Source: the human T2T-CHM13v2.0 reference genome, Homo sapiens
Assembly: GCF_009914755.1 (NCBI RefSeq)
Contig: NC_060931.1
Reading direction: 5' to 3' (one strand)
DNA length: 64,000 bases
The notes beneath the pieces were generated by a model, which saw nothing but the letters and a program-made list of their open reading frames with translations, had not been told where the DNA came from and did no database searches. The first letter of the stretch is position 1, and the number at the start of each line of letters is the position of its first letter. The position numbers were made by a program, and so were the translations under genes. Below are positions 44,681 to 59,000 of the stretch, one piece after another.

Positions 44681-47600
44681 GCTTTTATTTATTTAAAAAA
44701 CATAAAAATGATGACTGTGCCTATTACAGGAAGGAATGGAACAGAAGGAGCAGGCAGTGGTGAGAGAAAGATGGATCAAAGAGCCTTTCCCTTCAGCTAT
44801 AAACCAGCTTCTCTTGTTTCTCTTTGCCTTGCTTTTAAGGTATCTCTGACTACAGAGGAAGAAGAACACGGGAACTTTGAGTTGTTATTATTGAGGAAGA
44901 CAGGATGATCAGGAATTTGACCAGGAAGCCCAGGTCACATCTAACATCAGTGAGGCAGTGACTGGTTAAAGGCTTGATGAGAACTGGCTGTCTGGCCCCA
45001 GGCTGCCAGGAATAGCGGGGGTCAATGACCTATAAAACCTTAGGCTGTATCAGCTTGGGTGGACTAAGTGATTACCATGTCTCCCTAGAAGCTAGTCTGG
45101 AAGCCATCCGCAGGGGAATTTGAACTAATGAACCAGGGCCACTGGGGATGGGACCCAGGAATCTGGATTTTAACCAGCATCTCAGCTGACTCTTAGGCTT
45201 CAGGTTTAGAACCACTGATGTGGTCCATTCTTCTCACCGACAAAACAAGGACCAGCTCTTTCTTTTTTCTCTGCTTCTTTTCAGACAGAAGGTGTTCGGG
45301 GTAGAGAAGCAGAGTTTGATCTCAGTGCTGCTTCTTCTTCTAAGCCACCGTGTTCAGAGAGCTAAGCATAAGGCAGAATGGAGGTGAGAAATCGCTCAGA
45401 AATTCTCAAAGCCCAGGCAAAGGGAGATTTGATTTCCTTTTGCATGCTTCCCCGAAGTATGTTAATTCTGGCGTAAACATGGTCTGAGGCATTACTAGGG
45501 TGAGGAGAAAGGCGTGCTGAGAAAGGAGGCCCTTACTCTCATAGGCCTTTCGTTGCAGGTCACAGGATGTCACTGATGGGTTGTTCTGAAAGCATTTGCC
45601 CCCTGCCACCCCCACCAAGCAGAGTCCTACCCGCTTACGAAAGCAGTTTCTTTGAGGTCAAAGGCTGAGAACAAACTGCAAATAAAAGCATCAGTCTCCT
45701 TTGCAGCTGACTCACTTAGGTCACCCCAGGGAGCAGCCAAACCACTGTATAAGGGAGGGACAGCTCAATTTGAGGCATGTATAAATTAGGAAATGTGTAG
45801 TACTAATGGATAATTAATAGGTTGTTTTATTTGCAGAGCCGATAGACAAATTTGGCATTCCGTGTGTTCAGACCTTTAAATATTTATAACCAAGAGCCTA
45901 CAGGAGTACTGTTTCTGTAGAGACTTTTCTGATAGAGTATTGTGAATTTCAAAGTGCCCTTGGCTAAGCCTTTCTGCGATTTCATTCCACTTTTTTTTTT
46001 TTCTGCATATAATGGCTAAAGAAATTTTCCTGGGTCACCTTAGTAAACACTGTGTGGTAGTACTTTGAATGTTGTAGGGACCTGGGATACACCCACTACG
46101 CAGGGCTAACTACCAAGCAAAGAAGTCCCTTTGCTCATTAGAACAGATGGAAGGGCCAAACCTATCACAATTTAACTTTGAGAAACCACAGGACCTCATT
46201 GCCAATAGACTTTTTCTGAGGTGGGCCCTGGAGACCCCTCTGAAAAGTATTTCAGGAAATGTGAGAAGTTCGTGTCCTCTTAGAAAAACTTCAGCTACTC
46301 CTAGGGAGTCATAAGCAAACCCCAAATTCCAGAAAGGGGCTTCTTGGGGATTTTGAGACTTTGGGGAGTTTGAGAACTTGACCTTCCCAGAGTACCCTAG
46401 AGAGGGGTGAACTGATCAAGAACCATACACTCCATGGTACCACCTGCAAACCCTCTTCCTCACACCCAAAGGGAGTTCTTGGCCCTCACTGGGACTCCTT
46501 GCACCCCGGGGAAATGGGTCCAGGAGAGTTGAGCAACTCATCCAAAGTCCCACTACAGTGAGTGTCAGGGCTAGGGTTCAAGCTCACATCTGCCAAACCT
46601 CAAAGCCACACTGCAATATAATTATGAAAATAATACGATACTTTTGGTTACTGAGGCATGCTTCGCTGAACCTCAGATTCCTTACCTATCAAGCAGGGCT
46701 AATAACACCCACACGCAGAGTTAAGGTCAGTGTCAAATGAGATGATATGCTTATGTCGAGCACCCAACATTGTTTCTGGAACATAGAAGATGCATAACAT
46801 AGGATTGCTATAATTTTTACTGTTGTTGGAGAGTGGAAACAAATCAGTGGGTTAAGGGAAGAGTGCACATTATTGTCTATAACCCAATAAAGAGAAAAAT
46901 CAGTGATCTTTGGGAATTGAAAAGAAGTGTTACAAATTGTCACCCTATCCCACTCTGACTTAACAAATCTTTAGATCAGCCAATGAACAACAAGAATGAT
47001 TGTTAGGGATGGTTGTAAGAGATTGGGTGGTGATATACTCAAGCCTGTTTTGAAGAGTGAAGCAACTCGCAGAGTTGCAAGTACAAATAATAAACGGACA
47101 GCAAACAAGAACATAGGAGCCAATCTGCTGATACCAGAAAGAGATGATCTCTGTCCTTCATTCAGCATGTAGTGAGCAGCTACCACATGCTGAGAACTGT
47201 GCCGGTATAGATTTGTGTCCCTCTCAGGAGGGTGCTTCTGGTGCTAGACAGAAAATTGGACACTCTGTGGGATCACTGACATGTCTGTAATGATAGGGAA
47301 AGACCATCCTAACAGATCCAGGTAAGCAGAGGACAGTAACACGGCTAAAAAGCGTCCAGTAGTAACAGCTGCTTCCACTGTTGACCATTCTTCTGAAGCA
47401 CAGTTATATTTATTAGAAAAGCTTTTGCAAATATAATTTTACTAAAGTTGCAACATTTGATGTTAAATTCCAATGGGATCCACTTTCCTGGTAATGTGTC
47501 CAGATCCCTTGGGGGAGCACATGGTTTTGATGAGTGGAGAATACTAGAATACTAGAATGATGTGATTATTTCTACCAACCAAACAATGAATTATTCCTGC

Positions 47601-47852
47601 CAACCGAACAATGAAAAAAAGGGCTTTGTTTTGTTTTTGGTTCTCCTGCACTTATGTAGCTGTTGGAGTCTCTAGAAAGAAATAGCAGAAAAATATTTTG
47701 CAATTTCAAAGAGTACCTGTGGCCAAATGCTATACCATTCAAAGTTAGAAGTAGTTTTATGAAGTGAGTCAGTAAATTCAAGCAGTAGCTTTCTAATATT
47801 TGAGTGTTCTGTAAGCCAGTGGTTCTAGTATTTTGAATTCATTTTAAAATTA

Positions 47853-48085
47853 GGGACCAGGCACCCTGGTTTTTGCTGTAATCCAAATACTTGGGAGGCC
47901 AAAGTGGGAGGATCACTTGAGGCCAGGGGCTAAAGACCAAGCCTGGGCAACATAGCGAGACTCCATTTGTACAAAAAACAAACACGCAAAAAAATTAGCA
48001 GGGCCTGGTGGTGTGTGCCTGAAGTCCTAGCTACTCAGGTGGCTAAGGCGGGAGGATCTCTTGAGCCCAAGTTGAGGCTGCAGTT
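47853..48085 (+). mobile_element. Diverged, 3'-truncated AluJ-like
   Basis: ttgggaggccaaagtgggaggatcacttgaggccagg...gcctgggcaacatagcgagac. Confidence 0.88.
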
Positions 48086-48184
48086 TTCCACAAAAGAAAG
48101 GACTTTTTCCACATTAACAAAAGGAGGATAAAAACATAGACTAAGGATAAAAGAGCCTCCTTTCCAAGAAAGGATGATAGGTAG

Positions 48185-48575
48185 CCTTAACCTTGTGGCA
48201 TATTCCAGCTAGGTTTTGGCTAATGTCTGCATACTTTCCTTTGAGCATATGCTGCTGGACTGCATTTTTTCACCCCCCGCCTTCATTTAGGTGGGGCCAT
48301 GTGACTAGTTCTTAGCAATGGAGTGCAGAAGGGATGCATGCTTCCTCCGGGCCAGGTGGCTAGGTGCACGTGTGTCCTCTCTACCCTCCCTTCCCAGGTT
48401 CTAGAAGATGGCAGAGCCCCTGAATGGAAGGAGTTCAGGTCCCAGAATGACCACCGGAGCAGTCCTCACGTTCATGGACTGTGATAGAACTGCAAAATAA
48501 CCCTTTATTGTGTTAAACAATTGAGATTTGAGGGTTATATATTAGAGGTGCATTATTATTTAGCTTAACTAGCAC
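48185..48575 (+). mobile_element. Old MLT1 LTR (J/K-like)
   Basis: ttaggtggggccatgtgactagttct...gaagatggcagagcc...tttattgtgttaa...gagatttgagggt. Confidence 0.7.
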
Positions 48576-49119
48576 ATCCCAATTCATGAATACATTTATA
48601 CATTTATTTATTATATTTACTCTATGTGTTAATTTTTCTAACTGCTCTGTGAACCAGTAAAAACTTCATTACAGACAAGTTTGGGAAACACTGCTATATG
48701 GCCTGGATTTAGAAGTTCAAAATACAGAAGGGTAGAAGTTAGTGAATCATACCATCAAGAATTATGACTGGTTTTTTGCAATCTTTTTTATTTTTAAGGA
48801 CTCTAGCGTAAAATTTACTAGTTACTCTACATTAAAAGGCCTATTTCTAGGGACTATCAAAGAATCACATATGTTAATTGATACAGAAGAGTCATTTCTA
48901 CTTGGTCTATACCACACCATCTAATTTGATCTTAGCCTATCAGCATCCTGATATCTACTAAAGGCCTAGTGAATTTTCTGTTTCAAGTGTAATATTTAAG
49001 GCAACATTACCAAGTGCTCCTAGGAAAAGTCACACAAAAAATAAGTGATCTAGAATGTAACATTATGAAGATCTGGACAGGAAGGATTCAGATATCAATT
49101 TTTTAGAAAACAGCCCCTA

Positions 49120-49406
49120 GGCTGGGCACGGTGGCTCACACCTGTAATCCCAGCACTTTGGGAAGCTGAGGTGGGCAGATCACCTGAGGTCGGGAGTTCG
49201 AGACCAGCCTGAACAACATGGAGAAACACCGTCTCTACTAAAAATACAAAAATTAGCCAGATGTGGTGGCGCATGCCTGTAATCCCAGCTACTCAGGAGG
49301 CAGGAGAATCACTTGAACCCGGGAGGCGGAGGTTGCGGTGAGCCAAGATGGCACCATTGCACTCCAGCCTGGGCAACAAGAGCAAAACTCTATCTCAAAG
49401 AAAAAA
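49120..49406 (+). mobile_element. AluSp-like
   Basis: cacctgaggtcgggagttcgagacc...acatggagaaac; imperfect TSD agaaaaYagcYccta. Confidence 0.96.
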
Positions 49407-49436
49407 GAAAATAGCTCCTAACTAATATATAGTTAC

Positions 49437-49521
49437 AGAGATAGATAGACATATAGATAGATGATAGATGATAGATAGATAGATAAAAGATAGATAGATA
49501 GATAGATAGATAGACAGATAG
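49437..49521. repeat. Compound (GATA)n tetranucleotide repeat
   Basis: Direct reading; about 20 imperfect units. Confidence 0.95.
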
Positions 49522-49944
49522 CAACACCAATTAAAAAAAGAAAACCCTCAAATCACTCCAAACCAAAGGTAATATATTTTAAAAGGATACAGAGGGCAAA
49601 TGAAATATGAGATTTATAGTGCCTGAATGTCAATCCTTAGTTTGACTCTGAAAGTATTAATGATAGGTAAGGTTTTGACAGTCATGTGTCCTGACTAACA
49701 AGTTAATAAATCAATACACAAAAGCAGCATTTTCAGTTTTTCAGACTACTTTTCATAATGTGACCAAACATGCATTGTGAAATCAGTCTGAAACTAGCCT
49801 CTTTTGTGAGGATAATCACACATTGCCCAATATCTAAAACGTCCCCAGTGCCTTCAAGGGCGTAGGTGCTAATTAAGGCCTTTGGAGTAGGTTTACAACA
49901 TGCACACACACACAGTCTCATTATATTAAAAGTGGCACCTCATT

Positions 49945-50258
49945 TTTTTCTAATTTCAAATTTTATTTTAAATTTGTGTGGGTTCATAGTAGGTGTATAT
50001 ATTTATAGGGTACATGAGATGTTTTGATACAGGTATGCAATGTGTAACAACCACATCATGGAGAATGGAGTATCCATCCCCTCAAGCATTTATCATTTGT
50101 GTTATAAACAATCCAATTATATCTTCCTTTAGTTATTTTAAAATGTGCAGTTAAATTATTATTGACTATAGTCACCCTATTTTGCTATCAAATTATTCAT
50201 TCTTCCTATTTTTTTGTACCCATTAACCATCCCCACCTCCTTTTCACCCCCCACCCCA
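49945..50258 (-). mobile_element. L1MA-like 3' end
   Basis: gtaggtgtatatatttatagggtacatgagatgttttgatacagg...ccatcccctcaagcatttatc. Confidence 0.88.
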
Positions 50259-50384
50259 TATCATTTTTTGACCAAATACCATTACTCAATTTGGTAACAG
50301 TAGGGACCATTCATCTGATCATCTCCCCAAATAGAATCATACATTGACTACGGTGCACATTCAATACTCTTCACTGACAGCCAT

Positions 50385-50475
50385 TGGTTGAATGACCCCT
50401 TTAATTTATGAGACCTTGGTCTGAATGACTTATGGCTGTTTCCACAACCTCAAGCCACCTTCTAAGATGTGAAGG
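50385..50475 (+). mobile_element. Ancient mariner transposase relic (MARNA-like)
   Basis: Frame from 50412 reads DLGLNDLWLFPQ, resembling the mariner motif SPDLAPxDFWLFPK. Confidence 0.55.
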
Positions 50476-51021
50476 AGATAGTGTGAGGTGGATAGTACAC
50501 TCTGTTTGGAGTCAGACGTTCTGGCTTTCTTATTTGCCAGCTGTGAGTACTTGGGCAAACAACTTAACAGCTTGAGGCCTTGGTTTCTTCATGCCACAGA
50601 AGTTATACAGAGTCTTGGGAACATTTTGAGCATAAATGGGATAATGTATAAATAATATGATACATGGTATGATTATTTATTATTGTTATTTAAAGGCATA
50701 TACATAGCCTGTGAAAATAACATCAAGATTTACAAGCTTTTGGATCCATGAAAGTTAATTGGAATAAGTTTTTCTCTTTGCAAAGTAGACAGCTCTTATT
50801 TGTTTTATTAGTCCTGGAATGCTGCTTAAAAACTCAGTCACACCACTACAACTTGAGGGATTAATAAAATGGGTGACAATTTGAAAAAGACCTTTACAAT
50901 TTCCAGCTTTTTCTTTACCATTCACAAAGCACAAGAATGCTATTGAGACCGAAATAAGCGGGAGGTGGAGATTTAAAATGGAAAGTACCATCATGGGCAT
51001 CTGAAGTTTCTTTTGGATTAG

Positions 51022-51526
<505 letters not shown>

Positions 51527-51751
51527 AGGAATTAATTTTTAACAATAGATTGGTACAGGATTAAATGGCCCAGAAACAGTTAAGTATCAAAATGTCTTCC
51601 TATGTGACCAGTCTTTTAATTGCAGCAGAATAATACAATATTTTTTACATTTCTACAACATATATTTATTTGTAGAAAATTTGGAAAATGCAGGAAAACA
51701 TAAAGACTAAAGTAATAACCACCCATAATCCTACTTCATTTTTGAGCCTAG

Positions 51752-52150
<399 letters not shown>

Positions 52151-52916
52151 AGAACCGGCTTTTTAATTTAGTGTATCATGAACATTTCCCCATGTCATTG
52201 ATTTTCTACTCCAGAATGATTGTAAATGACTGTAGAGTGCCTCACGGCAGTGGGTTTTGCTGTGGCCTGGCCACAGGGTTCAGGAAGCCTTTCCCCAGGG
52301 CAACACTGGGTTGTACTTCCCTGCCTGCCCTGCTCTGTAGGGGAGCACGGGCTCTAGGCAGGGCATCCCATAGAGGTACCCGCATGCTCTGCCACCGCCA
52401 AGGTCACGCTCCCTGTGTTGTCCCATGGGGTTAACCGAACCAGCAGTTGCACCCTCTCGTGCCTGAGGATTTTCACAGTCTCAATGGGAGGGGGAAGGGA
52501 AGGGGAGGAGGCTTCCTATAGGGGCCACCCTGCATGTGAAGGGTGCCAGTGTGGCCCAGCAGTGAACCCCCCAGGCTGGTGTCAGGCTGACTGGTTTCTG
52601 AATCCCTGCCCCACTGTACTCTAGCTCTAAGCCCTCCGGCAAGGTTTCGAACCTCTCTGGCTGAGATAAGGTGATAACAAAAGTGCTTACTTCAAAGAGT
52701 TGTGAGAATTAAGTAAGAAATCCGTGCAAAGCATGTGACACAGTGTCTGGCAAACAGGAGGAGCTCAGTAAATGTCAGCTGCTGTCACTGTTGCCTCGGG
52801 GTTCCTGTGAGGGTGAGGGAAGTGGTTGGGAGGACAGGTGGGGTAAGGTACAGAGAAGAATCCCGAGAAGAAACAGAGTCTAGGGAGGATGCTGGTGTCA
52901 GTGGTGAGAGGGACTG

Positions 52917-53444
<528 letters not shown>

Positions 53445-53620
53445 GGCTGTTATGTAAAGTGTAGAAAAAATACAGAAAAGTTAAAATGGAGACAATGAAG
53501 GCTCAGGCAAGGTTGGTGGAGGAGGGAAGAGAAAGGGATCACTGGACACGTTCAGAGCAGGAACCAGCTCCCATTTATCTTTGTAACCTTAACACAGTTC
53601 CTGGTGTATAGGTACCAAAT

Positions 53621-53752
53621 AAAGGAAGGAAGGAAAGAAGGAAAGGAGGGAGGGAAGGAGGGAGAGAGGGAGGGAAGGAGGGAGAGAGGGAGGGAAGGAG
53701 GGAGAGAGGGAGGGAGGGAGGGAGGGAAGTTGGGAAAGAGGAAAAAAAGAAA
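53621..53752. repeat. Polypurine (GGAA/GGGA) tract
   Basis: About 108 nt of uninterrupted purines (53621-53729) with a 20-nt period ggagggaaggagggagagag. Confidence 0.95.
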
Positions 53753-55149
53753 TTCCCAAGACAGGCTTGAGGCAAGATTCTGCTCTAGTTGTCATTCTCC
53801 CTTTTTAATTCTTGAAACAATGCTTAGAGTACTCGTTTTCAGCATACTCTAAAATCAAGCAACAAGTACAGATCTCTTACCATTTCCTCCAAACCTTTTG
53901 CTTCATCAGACATCTCTCTCAACTATCTCACTTGGAGGTCCAGCCAACAATATCTTCTTTTTAAAATATTTAGTCTGGAATCTGTCTTGGCGCAGTCATA
54001 ATGCCCTGCTTTGATTATGGACTGGTGGAGAGATGGGACCCGGAAGACAAATGCCCCAGATTACTGGGTAATTACATCCCGGCCACCAGAATTCTTCCCT
54101 GTGGTTTCAACTGGATACACGCATTGCATGCCCTGTAGTCACCCACAAAGCAGCCACACTCCTGCTCAAGACACTGGAGTTGTGTCTCTGGGAAAATGTC
54201 CCACCTGGGACAATCCCTGGAATGTCTTCTAGAATTAAAGTAGACACTAAAGATGGTGGGTTATCAATTCATCATTTTACATTTGTTCATCCTCAGAACT
54301 CAAGAGTGGGTTTTCTCTTTTGTGGTAAAATTGCAGGGCTCTGCGGAGACTTTGATGCTCAAAGGGATTCTTCCTACCATAAGGTCAGAGAGTCAGTCTT
54401 TTAGCTGAGATCTGACCCATATTGAAATAACAAACTACCCTTGAATAAAACAGCAGTCTAAGACGGAATCAGGCGTGCCTTCGAGTGGGGTTTACATAAT
54501 AGAGGGAAAGAAGAGAAGAAAGTCGTTAAAATCCAAGAGGAAAACATGCCTGAAAATAAACTTTATGTGTTTTATAATTTGAACTAACGCAATTCCCATT
54601 CACTCCTTCCCTCTTTCATTCAAGGATTTATTGACAGTCTATAATATACAAGGGACTCAGATATATATAACCTGGGAGAAGGGTAAAGGTACAAAAACAG
54701 AAAAGGAACTTTAAATCCACCTTTCATATTGACAGACGAAGTTCTGGTGATTTCCCCAAATTACTTCCTAACTAGTCAGCATCAGGAAATAAGTGACATT
54801 GGTGTTCATAATCCTCTCTCTCACTTTTCATTCCTCGTTTCCTAGACACCCTGTGGACACCCCTTTGGTAGTTCTATTTAATGCCTGCCTAGAACCTACA
54901 CTTCATGTTAATTTCCACTCTAATCCAAATTTACCTGACCTAGCCCCTATTCCTTCTCACCTGGATGGTGCTGTGGAAAATAACCATAGTAAATAATTTC
55001 CTTTTAAGGGATCTAGTTGGAAACATGGATGGCCCCCAAACATGCCCCCAAACATGCAGTTCCCTCTGACTGTGGGGAAGGTTGGGAATGACTTGCTGCC
55101 TTGGTGAGTGAAAGCTGGGGGCTCCGGGACATGCAGCGCCTTACACTAA

Positions 55150-55430
55150 GCAGGATTTCTCAGACTGTGTTTTGTGGGACATGAGTTTCAGGAGAAATTA
55201 ACAGGTATGCTACAAAAAGAAACATTTTTTTAAATTGAATTAGTATGGAAAACATGACATAATAAATCCCCCCTAGGAAATTCTCCCCCCTCAAATTGGT
55301 ATAATAAAGGCTTGATATCCTTCAATAAAGAAACTCACTGATTTTAGTTCAGCTTAATATTAATCTCTGGTGGGAAACAGGTTTTTTCCTGTGGAATGAT
55401 GGTCCACAGAACAGTAGCTTAGAAAATGCA
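55150..55430. mobile_element. Old hAT-Charlie-type MITE
   Basis: Degenerate inverted ends caggatttctcagactgtgttttgtgggac / gtccacagaacagtagcttagaaaatgc. Confidence 0.5.
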
Positions 55431-55531
55431 CGCCCAAACTCATGAAGTTAAGAAAAGGAAATAGAACTGGTGTGATTTCAGATGACTCCAAACTGCAGAG
55501 AGAAAAAGTGTCTTGAACTGGGGAGGGTTGG

Positions 55532-55922
55532 TGATACGGTTTGGGTCTGTGTCACTGCCCAAATCTCAGGTCAACTTGTAATCCCCAATGTTGGAGGTGG
55601 GGCCTGGTGGGAGGTGATGGGATCAGGGGGATGGATTTCCCCTTTGGTGCTGTTCTCCTGAGAGTGAGTTATTGCTAGATCTGGTTGTTTAAAAGTGTGT
55701 AGAACCTCCCACCTCCCACCTCTGTCTCTTCCTCCTGCTCCAGGCATGGAAGATGTGCCTGCTTCCCCTTTATCTTCTGCCGTGATTGAAAGTTTCCCGA
55801 GGCCTCCAAGTGCCATGCTTCCTGTACAGCCTGCAAAACCGTGAGCCAATTAAACCTCTTTTCTTTCTAAATTATCCAAATTATTGTATTTCTTTATAGC
55901 AGTGTGAGAATGGCCTAATACA
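55532..55922 (+). mobile_element. MSTA-like (MaLR) solo LTR
   Basis: TG...CA termini (tgatacggtttgg... / ...ctaataca); perfect 5-bp TSD GTTGG. Confidence 0.93.
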
Positions 55923-56172
55923 GTTGGTTTAGAGGAGAGGAAGAAGTTCCAGCCCAACTGCATGGTACCCCAAGAACATGCAGATCCATATTGTAGATAG
56001 ATCCCATGCTCCTTCACCTCCCAGCCGACTTGTCCTTCCTCTGGCAGGTTCTCCCTGGTCCTTTCAGGTCCCTCCTCTTCAAGTTTGTCCACTTCTCCAT
56101 CGAGAAGACCTAACTCTGCCCACCTTGCTCTCATCTTAGGCCACTCCTGTCTGCCTCTCTGCATGCCAGTAC

Positions 56173-56622
56173 TGATGCAAGGCAGGTTCTTGGCTTTGCT
56201 CAGGAAAGAATTCAAGAGTGAACTGGCAGTGGAAGAAAGCAGGTTTATTGAAGCAGCAGTGTCACTGCTCAGTGACTGCTCCTTGCACAATAGAGCTAGC
56301 TCATAGGCAGTTTGCTCAGAGGAGCAGCATATGGGCTGTTGGTTAGCAGTATTTATACTCATTTTTAATTAAATGCAAATTAAGGGATAGGTCATTCAGA
56401 AATTTCTAGAAAATGGGTGGTAACTTCCAGGTTTTGTGGTGGAAAGGGGTGATAACTTCCGGGTGTTGCCATGACATTTGTAAACTGTCATGGCACTGGC
56501 AGGAGTGTCTTATGCTGATGGGCAGCTAGGGCAAGTACAGGTTGCTTTCTTGGTGCCACTTGCTGGTTCTGGGCAGTTTCCTATCTGGTCTGGAAAACAA
56601 GTCCTGCCAGTCTCCTACCTCA
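56173..56622 (-). mobile_element. ERV1 solo LTR (MER66-like)
   Basis: Minus strand starts TGAGGTAGGAGACTGGCAGGACTTG; minus-strand AATAAA and ttcctgagcaaagccaagaacc; imperfect 4-bp TSD Rtac. Confidence 0.8.
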
Positions 56623-57609
56623 ATACCAGCTGTGGTTTCCCTTTGCCTAGTAGGGGAGCAGCTGCGTTTTCCTTATTAGTTGGCTCAGCTTCTTTCCTTC
56701 AATGAGTTGCCATATGTTACCCATGGGGCAAGGCTATGCCTTGTTGCAAAGATTCCACAAATACAAAACTCTAGCTTCATTGTGAGATATATATACTTCA
56801 ACTCTTTAGAAAAAGAAATTATAATAAATACACACTCAAATTTCACATGCACCAGATTTTAACATACTAGAGACCACCACTACAGTGACTTCTACTACTG
56901 GGTGAGCTTGGTTAAGTTCAAACCCAGAAACAGCATTTCTCTCTTGAAATATATTTTCGCTCTTGTGTATATATTTGAATGTCTTACAGTTGTGTCTTTG
57001 AACAGATCATGTAGGTCTGCTATAATCTGTCCCTGAATTTGGGCCTGTGCATGTACCCAAAAGTAAACTATTGCAAGTATACACCCTCTATTAACATGGG
57101 AAAGACCACGCTCCATTAAATTGCTGGGTAGGGCTTGGGTGTATATGGTCAGCATTGTGCTCTCTTCTGGGGTGAAAATCAGTTATCCAATACAAGTGGA
57201 CATGTTATGCATTGTCTTATGGCAGTAACATATTGTAGTAGTTTTAATGAATTAAACTTTCTTGCCTTCAGGTTTATAAATTTTATACGTATATATGTAT
57301 ATGTGTATGAGACAGAGTTTATGTTTATATTTATTTTCCTCTGCCCCACAAGTGGGAATGGGATAATTATGCTTACAATAAGAAATGTATCAAGATAAAA
57401 ATGACAAGTCTGACCAGGTCGAAGGCCAGTCAATGAAGGCCATGTGTGGAAAATTTTCTCATAAAGTCATGCAGAGACAAGGAAAACATTAATAATTATT
57501 TGTCATTGGGATTCACCTTTTATGGAGCTAAAAGTTACTGGATGTACTTCATGCAGTAAAAATTTGCAAAATAGTTTTACGATGCCTGCCAAGTTACAAT
57601 GGTATTTTG

Positions 57610-57712
57610 TTTTATTATTATTATTATTATACTTTAAGTTTTAGGGTACATGTGCACAATGTGCAGGTTAGTTACATATGTATACATGTGCCATGCTGGT
57701 CTGCTGCAGCCA
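57610..57712 (-). mobile_element. Extreme 3' stub of a young L1 (L1PA2/L1HS-like)
   Basis: Reverse complement of the L1 terminus with a (TAA)n tail; perfect 15-nt TSD TACAATGGTATTTTG at 57595-57609 and 57713-57727. Confidence 0.96.
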
Positions 57713-58699
57713 TACAATGGTATTTTGAAACAGAATACAGTGAGAATAAAAATAAGGTTATTGGTATCTTACAGTGTGTCTTGAACTTACTGTACCTAGA
57801 AAACGGAATATGAACTAAAATTAAATCTTACAATAAAAAGTCACATTCAGCATGACTCTAAGTAGATGTACTCTGAGGGAAAATGGAATGTACCATCAGG
57901 GGTAGTTTTGTTAAACCATCTGTTTAAACAATGCAACTGGCTACTATAAAAATTCAACCACTCTCACTGTCTCATAAGATACTAGCTCAGATGCAAGAAT
58001 TATCACCCAGTGTGTTTAATGAATCAATTAAAAGGCTGAAATTTTGTGAAATTTTGATAGCTCCAGTGGACAAGACTCTGTGTTGCTTGCTTTTGTATTG
58101 TAAGTCCATGCAGGCAAATATGAGAAAGATTTATTATTTTCTAAACTCTTGAAATGTACATGACAGAAGAAGAAACTTTTAGATGTTTGAATCAGTTTTT
58201 AACACACCATCAAATAAATTGGCAAAAATATAAGCAAAAATATAAATGGACAGAGTGAAAACAATGTCAGGGAAAAAACTCAGCCAGAAGGGTTCATGTC
58301 AACACCATGACCAAAGTGAGTTCAAATATTCATGGCAGGTAGAGTGGATGTGAGCTAGTTATTAAAAAGATGACAGCATCTTTCAAAACTACATTGCACC
58401 ATGCCTTGCAAATTATCAGTTTTATTAAGGAATAGTATTTATACTGTAGACTTTGATGTGTGATATGGATTATGTGAATAGTGAGTTCTAGAATTTACCT
58501 TTTTCACACCAAAGACCAATGCCAAATGAGATAAGAAATCACTGGTCTTCGATTTTTTGTGGTTATTGTTGTTGGTAAACAAGCTCCATTACCATACTAT
58601 CTCTCAAATATAACAAGGTTTGACCACTGAAGCTTTATATATATACTTATCTTAGACTCTGTCTATCTATCTATCATCTATCTATCTGTCTATAATATA

Positions 58700-59000
58700 T
58701 TTAATTTTTAGGACGGTATATTTTTACAGAATAATTGAGCAGAAAGTACAGTGAGTTCCGTCTCTTTCCCCCACCTCAACACACACAGTTTCCCCTAGTG
58801 TTAACATCTGACATTAGTGTGGTACACTTGTTAAAACTGATTAATCAAAACCAATAATGCTATTATGAACTAAAATCCATGGTTTAGGGTAGGGTTCATT
58901 CTGTGTTGCATAGGTCTATGTGTTTTGACAAATGTATAATGTCATGTATCTGCCATAACAGTGCCATACATAATGGTGTCACCACCCAAAGGACCACTGT
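58700..59000 (-). mobile_element. Old L1 (L1MC/MD-like) 3' end
   Basis: tttacagaataattgagcagaaagtacagtgagttcc...tagtgtggtaca...tgacaaatgtataatg. Confidence 0.8.

Noticed and set aside
55032-55057. 12-nt duplication gcccccaaacat x2
   Set aside because: Ordinary slippage duplication with no further context.
55850-56362. 170-aa minus-strand ORF
   Set aside because: Crosses two unrelated LTRs and spacer DNA; no gag, pol or env similarity.
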